From Thainema sp. (lineage in GTDB: Bacteria; Cyanobacteriota; Cyanobacteriia; Phormidesmidales; Phormidesmidaceae), in NCBI GenBank assembly GCA_052168235.1, contig JBQLZK010000016.1, positions 1 through 64,000 of the forward strand: a stretch of 64,000 bases of DNA, given 5' to 3'. Below, in pieces: positions 10,571-19,467 of the stretch. A program made the position numbers and the translations under genes. Each line of letters begins with the position of its first letter. Positions within the stretch are counted from its first letter, which is position 1. The notes beneath the pieces were generated by a model. The model worked only from the letters and a program-made list of their open reading frames with translations, made no database searches and was not told where the DNA came from.

Positions 10571-10677
10571 TAGTATCGAATCCGCTACTAAAAGCCAGAT
10601 TTTATTTTTGTGAAAGTCAAGGCTCACCTTGACTTTCACAAAAATAATTTGGGGGTTTCTAGTCGGATTAAAAACAA
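10571..10677. mobile_element. MITE-like element family C, copy 1 (internal 21-bp hairpin 10602-10647)
   Basis: Left end TAGTATCGAATCCG; TTTTTGTGAAAG...CTTTCACAAAA core; TTTCTAGTCGGATT; homologous to 36571-36678. Confidence 0.65.
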
Positions 10678-10774
10678 AGACGGCTAGCAGCACTAGCCGT
10701 CCTTATTCATCAAGCTTTATCTGATAAATTTCTGATGGTTGAATAATCAGAAGCCTAAACTTCACAACACCCAT

Positions 10775-10877
10775 TAAGGAACGCGGATTTAACAAGGTGA
10801 AACGTTTGGGTAGGGACACGGCAATGCCGTGTCCTTACGGATAGAACGATGGATAGGCTATTTGATTTGCACTCCTA
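10775..10877 (+). mobile_element. MITE-like element family B with internal GTAG REP (10810-10838)
   Basis: TAAGGAACGCGGATTT...GTAGGGACACGGC-AAT-GCCGTGTCCTTAC...TTTGCACTCCTA; collinear with inverted copy 14439-14542. Confidence 0.75.
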
Positions 10878-12089
10878 AGTTCGTGAAGCGGCTCGAAAGG
10901 CTGGCGTGGCAAAGATGTTTTGAAACCGCGCAACCCGTTCGGCGGGAGGCTCTGCGCCATCTTCCCAGAGACTTTCGTAGTAGAAGAAGGAAACACCCAA
11001 ACCGTAGTAGCGAGCGGCTCTCACCTTAGCCTGAATCAGATCCATTGAAACAGGCATGTTCCGCAAACCAGTCAGAATGCCAACTCCAACCGATGTATAC
11101 TGACGGGCTTCTTGAACGGATGAGCGAGCAATTTGCTCCGTAAAGCTGCCCAGGTTATCGCGATACACCTGAATTAACAGTTCATCGACGAGGCCAAGCT
11201 TTACCCAGTTCAGCCAGTCTTGGAGAAAGTTGGTATAGGCGACGTCGTAAGGATTGGGCGAAATCGAGAAAATAACGTGGGGCTTGCGGGCTTTGATTTG
11301 CTGCTGAAGCTGGGTGACAAAAGCGGTGAGTTTGTTGGCTCGCCAGCTCACCCATTCAGGATTATAGGGATCGGCAGGGGGTTGCTTACCTGTTTCTTCA
11401 AAATAAAGATTCGATGTGTAGCTGTCATAGCCAAACTCCGTTGGCAGACTTAAGTGATCGTCAAACTGGATGCCATCGACATCGTAGAGGTTGACCACTT
11501 CCATCACCAAGCTGGTGATAAACTGCTGCACTTCGGGCTTAAACGGGTTCATCCACATGACTTCGCCTGCGGCACTGATGGATGTTTCCCCACCATCCTG
11601 CTTGTGGGTGAACCAGTCAGGATGATTAAGAGTGAGTTCAGACATGGGCGGAGCCATAAAGCCAAACTCAAACCAGGGAATCGCTAAAATACCGCGCTGG
11701 TGCGCCTTGTCGATTAAGTCCTTCAGCATGTCTTGGCCTTGGTAGCCGCGCCGCACGAAGGGCTGAATTTCCGCTCGCTGGGCTACGACGCTGGGATACA
11801 TGACGTAGCCTGCATTCCATACCACCGGATAAACTGTGTTGAAATTCAACTGCGCCAGCTGCTCCATCGCGGCGTCTAGCTTCGGTTGATCAAGTAAGAC
11901 TTCAGTGTCATTGGTGGTCAACCAAACCGCGCGAATTTCTTGATTGTACGGAATATTATTGGATGGAATATTCGCGGCTGTCGATTGGGCTGTTAGAACT
12001 GCGATCGCAAATGACAAACCACTTAACACAATTAGAATTGGATTTCGCAAACGGAACCAGTTTGGTATTAAACGCAAACGCATAGGCAT
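10875..12089 (-). CDS. Exported GHL10/DUF187 glycoside hydrolase-like protein
   Basis: EIRAVWLT, NTVYPVVWN, IPWFEFG, YDVDGIQFDDH, QDWLNW; signal-like N-terminus; start set to ATG 12089. Confidence 0.88.
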   Translation of the reverse strand: MPMRLRLIPNWFRLRNPILIVLSGLSFAIAVLTAQSTAANIPSNNIPYNQEIRAVWLTTNDTEVLLDQPKLDAAMEQLAQLNFNTVYPVVWNAGYVMYPSVVAQRAEIQPFVRRGYQGQDMLKDLIDKAHQRGILAIPWFEFGFMAPPMSELTLNHPDWFTHKQDGGETSISAAGEVMWMNPFKPEVQQFITSLVMEVVNLYDVDGIQFDDHLSLPTEFGYDSYTSNLYFEETGKQPPADPYNPEWVSWRANKLTAFVTQLQQQIKARKPHVIFSISPNPYDVAYTNFLQDWLNWVKLGLVDELLIQVYRDNLGSFTEQIARSSVQEARQYTSVGVGILTGLRNMPVSMDLIQAKVRAARYYGLGVSFFYYESLWEDGAEPPAERVARFQNIFATPAFRAASRT

Positions 12090-12142
12090 GAATTGTGAAC
12101 GAACAAGTAAATATAGCTCTATCAATTGAAAATGGATCGGTA

Positions 12143-12240
12143 ATATCAATCCTGTGTATGAAACCTAACTATTTTCAGCCAAACGCTTGCTCCGCAAGCG
12201 TTTGGCTGAAAATAGTAGTAGTTTTAGATGAATTGAATAT
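12143..12240. mobile_element. MITE-like element family E with 23-bp perfect hairpin (12168-12216)
   Basis: ACTATTTTCAGCCAAACGCTTGC-TCC-reverse complement; left end TATCAATCCTGTGTATGAAACC resembles the reverse of the 28876-28978 element end. Confidence 0.6.
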
Positions 12241-12847
12241 ACCTGAAATAGAGTTCCCTGGGTGATAACAATATGCAAGCGCTGTCATCCCCCTTCAGGG
12301 CAGAATTTTCAAATTCATGACAACGTGAACTAATGTAACAGTCTACAGGCATCTGTCCATTGTTCCAGGATGAGTTGTAAGAATTTCACATAGGTTTTGT
12401 ATTGAGAAGCTATAGCTTTTCTAGATGCGATTGCAACAGCTACCAAACAAGGCTCAATCTTTAGTGACTCGGAATTTCTGATGGCTGAGCAGGTGATTTT
12501 AGGAAGTGGAGAAATTCCATTTACCTTTTTTCCTCAGCATTGTCCCTGCGATCGCAATTCACATTACCCACAAGAATCAGTTGGTCGCATAACTATAAAT
12601 TTTACCTATAAACTGGATTTGACAATTCGTTCGTACTTGGTTATTCACGGCGTTAAATCTTGGATTTTTTGGGATAGACTTAAATTCATACAAAAATAGA
12701 TTTGGATAGACCAAGATCTATATAGCTCGTATAGAGCATCAGGCGAAACTTGAGCAAACGTATCAGGCTATACGTGTTTATGCGTAGGTCTGTTGAATGA
12801 TTGATTCAAGTACAGCGTCTATAAAATCACTGATAAAACATCGGAAG

Positions 12848-12950
12848 TACTCACATCTTGCACCAAAACCCAGAAGGGTTATTTTGCCGCCGCGATGTGG
12901 CGGCAAAACAACCTCTTCGGGTTCTCAAAGTGCAAAGTGCAAGATATGAG
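12848..12950 (+). mobile_element. MITE-like element family A, copy 1
   Basis: TIR CTCACATCTTGCAC/GTGCAAGATATGAG, internal TTTTGCCGCC hairpin; near-identical inverted copy at 15487-15589. Confidence 0.85.
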
Positions 12951-13021
12951 AAGTATCGACTTCCTTATATAAACTTATTTCCCTTTATGGGGCGAGATGG
13001 ACGAGTAAGGAATTAGTTTCG

Positions 13022-13282
13022 GTGGATTTGATTGAGTTGGTATTGAGATCCCAGCACAGCACGTGCAAATTGCGTATCAAGGTAGAGAGACTATGGGTTT
13101 CGGTTCTGATTGCAGTAGTAAGCGGCTTATTTTTAGTCAATAGATTTCCAGCGAAGGTGCAAGCCATTCAGAAAGGTGTTGCTTCTGTGCCTTTTAGCCA
13201 GCTGATCTCGTCAGAAATTAATGATTCTGATGCTATGAGAGAAAAGTTTCCAGTTGGAACGCAAGGAGCAGGTGCTCGCTAA
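13022..13282 (+). CDS. Possible small membrane protein (86 aa)
   Basis: GTG start behind AAGGA, one hydrophobic segment; no recognisable family. Confidence 0.3.
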   Translation: MDLIELVLRSQHSTCKLRIKVERLWVSVLIAVVSGLFLVNRFPAKVQAIQKGVASVPFSQLISSEINDSDAMREKFPVGTQGAGAR

Positions 13283-13395
13283 GGAACGCGGATTTAATCA
13301 AATTTACAGCCCTAGCCAACTTTGATCAGAAAGACATTTTCGTAGCGCGGCTTTGCCACGCTACGAAAATGTCCCAACCAATATGACTGTTGCTA
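13280..13395 (+). mobile_element. Family B terminus followed by a nested hairpin element (13313-13395)
   Basis: TAAGGAACGCGGATTTAATCA then TAGCCAAC...GTTGCTA around GACATTTTCGTAGCGCGGC-TTT-GCCACGCTACGAAAATGTC. Confidence 0.55.
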
Positions 13396-13410
13396 CAGAA
13401 CAAAGCTGGC

Positions 13411-14346
13411 TTATTCAGTTTCTTCAACTGCGATCGCAGGTGCAGGACGGCGGCGATGAGTGGCGCGATAGCCCAGCATGGCAACTAACGCAACGATGAC
13501 GAGATAGGGGCTGTAAACCAGAATCCACAGGCCAAGCTGGAGTAAATCAATTGAAAAATCTTGCACTGAACTGGTGGCTTGCTGCCAGGTGCCGCTGAGC
13601 TGAGTACCAAGGTTTCGCTGAGGTGTGGTGGATGCGATCGCGGCTTCCAGGCGAATGTCGATGATGGAATAGTCTACGCGACCCTGTAGGCTCTTGCGCT
13701 GGGCATCGATCTGCTCAATTGAAGCCCGCACGTTATTCAATTCTTGGGCCACACTGAGCACATCGCCGATCGAGCCGGAGCGCTCCATAATCTCCAGCAG
13801 CATTTCCTCTGTTTTCCGCAAATTCCGTAGACGAGCTTGCAGATCAATCAGCTGATTGGACACGTCTTCAGCGCTGATGGTGCGGCGCTGGACGGTACCG
13901 AGTTCGGCCAGTTGCTCCAGCGTCGCGTCTAACTTAGCCTGCGGCACCCGAATCTGCATCGTCGCGGTTTGCCGTTCCGTTGCCGATAGCGGTACTTGGT
14001 CATTCAGGTTGAGCAGATCGCCCTGTTGAGTAGTTGCGATCGCGCTGGCCTGATCAATGCTGTCTTCAACTGAGTCAACAACAAGAAAGAGTTCAGCCCG
14101 CTTGGCCAGTTGAGGTTGCGCCTGTGGAGCACTGGGTACAGGTGAAGGTGGCTCAACCGGGATAGCCTGATCTGCCGCACCTGCTGCTTGATTTCCTACA
14201 GCTTCCATCTCGGCCTGCATTGGTGCTTCGCTAGTGGACTCGCTGATCGACGGAACACTGCTACAGCCTGTAATCAAAGTTAAACCAATAGCGACGGCTA
14301 GCCACGGTTTAGCGCTAGACGGAGAAAAAAGACGTGGGATTGCCAT
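13411..14346 (-). CDS. DUF4349 lipoprotein
   Basis: Lipobox ITGC, IRVP, EDVSNQLIDLQARL coiled coil, C-terminal TM; start set to ATG 14346. Confidence 0.85.
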   Translation of the reverse strand: MAIPRLFSPSSAKPWLAVAIGLTLITGCSSVPSISESTSEAPMQAEMEAVGNQAAGAADQAIPVEPPSPVPSAPQAQPQLAKRAELFLVVDSVEDSIDQASAIATTQQGDLLNLNDQVPLSATERQTATMQIRVPQAKLDATLEQLAELGTVQRRTISAEDVSNQLIDLQARLRNLRKTEEMLLEIMERSGSIGDVLSVAQELNNVRASIEQIDAQRKSLQGRVDYSIIDIRLEAAIASTTPQRNLGTQLSGTWQQATSSVQDFSIDLLQLGLWILVYSPYLVIVALVAMLGYRATHRRRPAPAIAVEETE

Positions 14347-14438
14347 AGGATTTCCAGATGCCTCATCAATCATGTGTTCTGTTCTATTGATAGGCCAGGA
14401 AGACCTGAATATCTCTCTGGTTACATAACCGGAAACGC

Positions 14439-14542
14439 TAGAGACTGTAGATTAAATGGCCTGTAAACCGTTTCGTCCGTAGGGACACGGCATTGCCGTG
14501 TCCCTACCTCAAAGATTTCACCTGATCAAATCTGCGTTCCTA
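14439..14542 (-). mobile_element. MITE-like element family B, inverted copy, with perfect GTAG REP (14479-14507)
   Basis: GTAGGGACACGGC-ATT-GCCGTGTCCCTAC; end GATCAAATCTGCGTTCCTA; TA at both ends. Confidence 0.75.
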
Positions 14543-14548
14543 AAGAGA

Positions 14549-15046
14549 TCAATCACTAATCACTGCATTCAACCGAAATCCAGCAATTTTGCCGATTTCT
14601 GTGAGAGCTTGCTGACGTTCCTGATCGGCGGAATTTTGTAGCCGTGTCTCAAATGCAGCGAGGATGCTGTCTTTCGTATGTTCTTTCACCGCTACGATAA
14701 ATGGAAAGCCAAACCGCTGCCGGTAGCTCTGATTGAGCTGGCTGAATTGCTCATACTCGGCGGCGCTGAGTTGGTCTAAACCCACCCCAGACTGCTCCTG
14801 CACCGATGCCTCAGCCATTTTGGCTTTGCTGCCCAAGTCGGGATGAGCGCAAATTAAATCAATTTGCTCGTCCACAGTCATCTGATCCACGACCTGGAGC
14901 ATCTTGTGGTGCAGGTCACTCACGCTGGTAAAAGGCCGCAGATGCCAAGCCTGAGTTGCGATCGCAGGTGTTTCTTCAAAGATGCTGCCCAATGCCTGAG
15001 TAAAGGACGCCTGATCCATTTGATTCAATTCAGCCAGCGAGTACAT
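14549..15046 (-). CDS. uraD: OHCU decarboxylase
   Basis: IFEETP, AHPDLG, SVQEQSGVGL, YRQRFGFPFIVAVK, KIAGFRL. Confidence 0.93.
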   Translation of the reverse strand: MYSLAELNQMDQASFTQALGSIFEETPAIATQAWHLRPFTSVSDLHHKMLQVVDQMTVDEQIDLICAHPDLGSKAKMAEASVQEQSGVGLDQLSAAEYEQFSQLNQSYRQRFGFPFIVAVKEHTKDSILAAFETRLQNSADQERQQALTEIGKIAGFRLNAVISD

Positions 15047-15409
15047 CTAGCTACCTCGATAGGTACTGTATGACCAAGGAGATGCCAGCAGCGGCACGTG
15101 GTAGTGCGACGACGTGTCAGCAATACCAAAACGAATCGGCACCTGTCCCAAAAACATCGGTTCTGGCAAACTTTCACCCATTGGCTTGAAGTATTCACCG
15201 ACGGAAAACACGAGTTCGTAAACGCCGATTTTGAGCGCGTCATCCACCAAAAGCGGCTCATCGGTGCGCCCGTCTTCATTGGTCAAAATGGTTTTGATCA
15301 AAGTGCGATCGCTCGATTGTGGATCAATTGCCCATAGTTCAATCTTCATGCGCGAAGCCGGACGACCATGCGCCGTATCGAGAACATGGGTAGTTAATTT
15401 ACCTGCCAT
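15047..15409 (-). CDS. uraH: 5-hydroxyisourate hydrolase
   Basis: LTTHVLD, TNEDGR, HYHVPLL, C-terminal YRGS. Confidence 0.95.
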   Translation of the reverse strand: MAGKLTTHVLDTAHGRPASRMKIELWAIDPQSSDRTLIKTILTNEDGRTDEPLLVDDALKIGVYELVFSVGEYFKPMGESLPEPMFLGQVPIRFGIADTSSHYHVPLLASPWSYSTYRGS

Positions 15410-15486
15410 TGATTTAGTGCCGTGATGAATTGCGAGCTGATTATAGCGGACTCTTTTTCAGCAACGGTTAAGCCAAATGTATAAAC

Positions 15487-15589
15487 CTCACATTTTGCAC
15501 CTTGCACTTCGAGAACCCGAAGAGGTTGTTTTGCCGCCGCGATGCGGCGGCAAAACAACCCTTCTGGGTTTTGGTGCAAGATGTAAGTA
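15487..15589 (-). mobile_element. MITE-like element family A, copy 2, inside the urate operon
   Basis: Reverse complement almost identical to 12848-12950. Confidence 0.85.
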
Positions 15590-15596
15590 AACACCA

Positions 15597-16760
15597 TTAA
15601 TTCATGGGGCCAGCCAAAATTGTTTTGGCCAGCGCATCAATCACTTCATTGGCATCCTCATGCTTCAGCTCTTGGTACCACTGCTCCGTGGCAGCCGGAT
15701 CTTTGCCATAAATCGTGTCTGTCCGTTTGCGAGCCTTGAGCACCAAACTGGCTGTCCGCTCTTTCCGAGCAGCTTCATATCGCTTCAGTGCATCTTCCAC
15801 ACTGATGGTAGTCGTGACCAGATACTGAGTCAGGGTAATCGCATCTTCCATCGCCTGACAGCCCCCCTGTCCCAGCGTCGGCGTCGTTGCGTGCCCAGCA
15901 TCACCGACAATCGCAACTCGGCCCCGCGTCAACCGTTCTAATGGATCAAGGTCACTAATTTCCAACCGATTGGTTTCCAGCGGATCGAGTTCAGCAATCA
16001 AATTTTGCACAGCCTGCGGCCAACCTGCAAAAATTTGAGCCAGCTCATCCCGCCGATCCGCAGGTTCAACCACCGTTCCTTTTTCCATCGGACAGCCAAA
16101 GAAGAAATAAAAGCGATTGCCACCAATCGGCATCATCGAAGCCCGCTTACCTTCGCCGACGTAAATGACCCAGTTGTCTGGATCACAAAGTCCCGGCTTT
16201 GCATCAACAATGCCGTTCCAGTTGACGTAGTCGGCATAGCGGGAAGCTGCTTCTCGCTCCAATACATAACGGCGTACCGTCGAGTGAACCCCATCGGCAC
16301 CAATCAGTACGTCACTCGTCACGCGAGTGCCATCTTCTAGAACTGCGGTAACGCTCGATTCGTCCTCTTCCACATCGACGCAGCGACAGCCCAAATGAAC
16401 ATTCGCTGGGCCAAACGCCTCTAGCAACATGTTTTGTAAATCAGTTCGAGAAACGGGATATGGACGCTGCCCAACTCGCGCAAACAAAGGGGTGAGATTT
16501 ACTTCGTGCAGCGGTTCATCGCGATGGCTTCGATATTCCATCCGATTCATCTGGCCACCAATTTCGGCTATCTGATCACCCAATCCCAGCCAGTTTAGGA
16601 CTTTGATGCCGTTTGACCAGAGGGAAATGCCAGCGCCTGCTGGCCGCAACTGGCGGGTTTTTTCGTAGATTTCAACCGTGTATCCCATCTTTTTCAGGGC
16701 AATACCCGTCGTTAATCCAGCCATGCCTGCGCCGATGATGGTGGCTTTTAAGTTGTACAT
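15597..16760 (-). CDS. hpxO: FAD-dependent urate hydroxylase
   Basis: GAGMAG, GAGISLWSNG, RPYPVSR, GADG, YVNWNG, GDAGHATTPTLGQGGCQAMED; upstream of uraH-uraD. Confidence 0.88.
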   Translation of the reverse strand: MYNLKATIIGAGMAGLTTGIALKKMGYTVEIYEKTRQLRPAGAGISLWSNGIKVLNWLGLGDQIAEIGGQMNRMEYRSHRDEPLHEVNLTPLFARVGQRPYPVSRTDLQNMLLEAFGPANVHLGCRCVDVEEDESSVTAVLEDGTRVTSDVLIGADGVHSTVRRYVLEREAASRYADYVNWNGIVDAKPGLCDPDNWVIYVGEGKRASMMPIGGNRFYFFFGCPMEKGTVVEPADRRDELAQIFAGWPQAVQNLIAELDPLETNRLEISDLDPLERLTRGRVAIVGDAGHATTPTLGQGGCQAMEDAITLTQYLVTTTISVEDALKRYEAARKERTASLVLKARKRTDTIYGKDPAATEQWYQELKHEDANEVIDALAKTILAGPMN

Positions 16761-16800
16761 CCCAACTCCTTATCGCTGAGTTGCCTATGATTTGCTAGCT

Positions 16801-16843
16801 ATCTTATCGGCAGGATTCCAGCACAGAATGTCTGATGGTTTAC
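16801..16843 (-). promoter_or_regulatory. Putative NtcA-activated promoter of hpxO
   Basis: Minus strand GTA-AACCATCA-GAC (16843-16830), 23 nt, TAAGAT (16806-16801). Confidence 0.55.
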
Positions 16844-16869
16844 CTTTTGCCTACTTGTAGTGGTATTTC

Positions 16870-16920
16870 AGTAATGATTTTTCGTTGTGTGAACACCGCC
16901 AGACAACGAAAAATCACTAC
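16870..16920. repeat. Degenerate long hairpin
   Basis: TGATTTTTCGTTGT...ACAACGAAAAATCA. Confidence 0.55.
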
Positions 16921-16988
16921 CGTTCGAGGGCTACCACCTAATTTTGCCTAAAAGTCTCTGAACTTGAGACTGGTCAAAATCAAATCCC

Positions 16989-17046
16989 AAACCAAAAGCA
17001 GGCCGGAACCGCCGCTGGACGACGATAACCTGCCTGCTTTTGGTTT
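16989..17046 (-). terminator. Inverted repeat downstream of the NYN gene
   Basis: AAACCAAAAGCAGGC...GCCTGCTTTTGGTTT 15-bp arms, large loop. Confidence 0.5.
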
Positions 17047-17118
17047 TAGATGTAACGGATGTCAAAAGTGCGATCGCACTTGATACACCGTTTCGTTAAA
17101 GAAACTGTTCTTTATCAC

Positions 17119-17649
17119 CTAGTTCCCATCTACTTTTTCAATAAATGAACGAATATCATTCAGATCAAGATAGCGATCGGTTGCATTGCGTAGCTCACGA
17201 GCGATCATGCCCTCAGTTGACACAACGGTAATGTGAGTATTTTTAGAGCGTAATAGCTCAATTGCTCGCTCAAAATCACCGTCGCCACTGAACAAAATCA
17301 CGCTGTCGTACTGCTCAACCGTATTGAACATATCCACTACGATTTCAATATCCAAATTGGCTTTTTGAGATAGCCGTCCTGAAGAATCGTCGTAGTACTC
17401 TTTCAAAATTTTGGTACGCACAGTGTAACCTAGGCTAATCAAGGCATCACGGAAACCGCGCTGGTCTTGAGGGTCTTTAAGACCTGTGTACCAAAAGGCA
17501 TTGACCAACGAAGTAGCAGGCGATTGAGTAAAGTACTCTAAAATCTTCTTTGGATCAAAAAACCAGCCGTTTTTTTGCTGCGCATAAAACATATTATTTC
17601 CATCAACAAAAATTGATAATCGATTGGCTGGTGGAATAGGAACTGGCAT
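17119..17649 (-). CDS. labA: NYN/DUF88 protein, LabA-like
   Basis: IFVDGNNMFYAQQKNGWFFDP, KANLDIEIVVDM, FSGDGDF; start set to ATG 17649; orthology to labA versus a paralog not proven. Confidence 0.7.
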   Translation of the reverse strand: MPVPIPPANRLSIFVDGNNMFYAQQKNGWFFDPKKILEYFTQSPATSLVNAFWYTGLKDPQDQRGFRDALISLGYTVRTKILKEYYDDSSGRLSQKANLDIEIVVDMFNTVEQYDSVILFSGDGDFERAIELLRSKNTHITVVSTEGMIARELRNATDRYLDLNDIRSFIEKVDGN

Positions 17650-18664
17650 AGATTTTTGCTTAACTTTTTCTCGAACGGGGTAAATCATAAAATGGTAATT
17701 TCACTCATGATTCTAGCAGTTAACTAAATAAGCCCTTAGATTGATGTCAAATTCAGCTTTTGCAAAAAGCAGTTAAATTTGTAACCTTAGTTGACTTTAG
17801 CTAAATTCACTCTCTCTAAAGAAGGATATTGACCTATCGTGCCAACTTCCAATGACTGTCTGTTCATTATTAATGAATAAACAGGCGACATAAGGCAGTT
17901 AACGATATAAGTCAATTAATTTAGAGAGATTACAGATCTAATCTCTTCTAAAATACACAGATATTACTGATTTTTTTAGACCAGTTGCGACCGAAAATAC
18001 TTTTTGCTCAATTTAAGTGAATCTACGGATTCGACTCAAAATCTTGTATCTAACTAACAAAAGATCTTAACGAAGGATGCATTGATTCAGCTTTTTAGAA
18101 ATATTGCTGTAGCTATTACTCTGAATATTTGAGCAACAGCAAAGCATAATCTAAAGCCGACAACATGCCCTCATATTGAATTTGATATATGGATAGTTAG
18201 AAGTAAATTGAGAAAAAGTAGGATTTTTAATAGTGAGAAGTAGACTAAAAGGAAGAAATCTCAATAAAAAGGGGCGTGGTAAAAGGCAAGAGCTGTAGAA
18301 ACAGGAGCTAGGGTAAGAGAGAGCAACTCAAGTTTTCGTTCACTTGCTTCAATAGACATAGCTTCAATAGACATAGGCATACGATTGAATCTAATTTTAG
18401 AGGTTTGATAACCAGAGTCTAGCGCAGACAGATCTACAGGATAGTATATGGGGCCAGAATTAGCGTATTTTAGCGACAGAAAGGTTTGTGGCATGTTGCC
18501 GATGAATGATGGCGGCTCCACATTACTGGGCAGTTTGCTCTAGACGATGATATTCCGCATAAAACGCTCAATGGCATGCTGTTTGGGCTTGGTTTCTCAT
18601 ATTTGCGCCCTGGAACTAGATCTTTTAACAGCTGAAAACAATGACTGGAAATGGACACTGCTAA

Positions 18665-19393
18665 ATGAAGTTGAATCCTGTTAGCCGCGTTACACACGCT
18701 GTCGTTGTCCTAGCCATGAGTGCGGATGGCAAAATTGCAGATGCATCGGGTTCACCTGCACGATTCGGGTCAAAGCAGGATAAGGCACATCTGGAGCGGC
18801 AGGTGGCGGCGGCGGATGCAGTTTTGTTTGGGGCAGGAACGTTGAGGGCCTATGGCACGACGCTATCGGTACGCGATCCGGATTTATTACAGCAGCGACA
18901 AGAGCAACATAAACCGCCTCAACCTGTGCAAATTGTTTGTTCGCCGTCTGGAAAGCTAGATCTCAAGTCGCGTTTTTTTCGCCAGCCTGTACCGCGCTGG
19001 TTGTTGACGACTAAAACTGGTTGCACTGTTGTGCAAGAAGCTGTGCAAGATAGTAAGACTGATTGCACAGCTGCCGATCCCTTTGAACGGACAATCACCC
19101 AAGGTATAACGACCCAACACATTGATTGGCCACAGGTATTTGACCTTTTTGCACAAGCTAATTTCAAGCGTCTCGCGGTTCTCGGTGGCGGTCAGCTCGT
19201 CGCTTCTCTGCTAGCAGCAGATTGTGTTGATGAAATTCTGCTGACGGTATGTCCGCTCATACTTGGGGGCAGTACGGCTCCATCTCCAGTACAGGGGGAC
19301 GGTTGGCCAGAAGGCGTTGCACCTCGGTTAGAGCTACTGTCTACCGACGTAAAAAGCCAAGAGGTATTTTTGCACTATCGCCTGCGACGTTAA
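18665..19393 (+). CDS. RibD C-terminal-domain reductase
   Basis: AMSADGKI, GAGTLR, LGGGQL, VDEILLTVCPLILGG. Confidence 0.88.
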   Translation: MKLNPVSRVTHAVVVLAMSADGKIADASGSPARFGSKQDKAHLERQVAAADAVLFGAGTLRAYGTTLSVRDPDLLQQRQEQHKPPQPVQIVCSPSGKLDLKSRFFRQPVPRWLLTTKTGCTVVQEAVQDSKTDCTAADPFERTITQGITTQHIDWPQVFDLFAQANFKRLAVLGGGQLVASLLAADCVDEILLTVCPLILGGSTAPSPVQGDGWPEGVAPRLELLSTDVKSQEVFLHYRLRR

Positions 19394-19467
19394 GGGAATT
19401 TACATTACCCTAAGAAACAGTGCTGGAATTTACTGTGCGTTTTGCTCCGTAGGAGATTGGCCTCACG

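Noticed and set aside
12481..12699. 72-aa ORF in the repeat hotspot
   Set aside because: No recognisable motif or RBS, AT-rich non-coding-like composition
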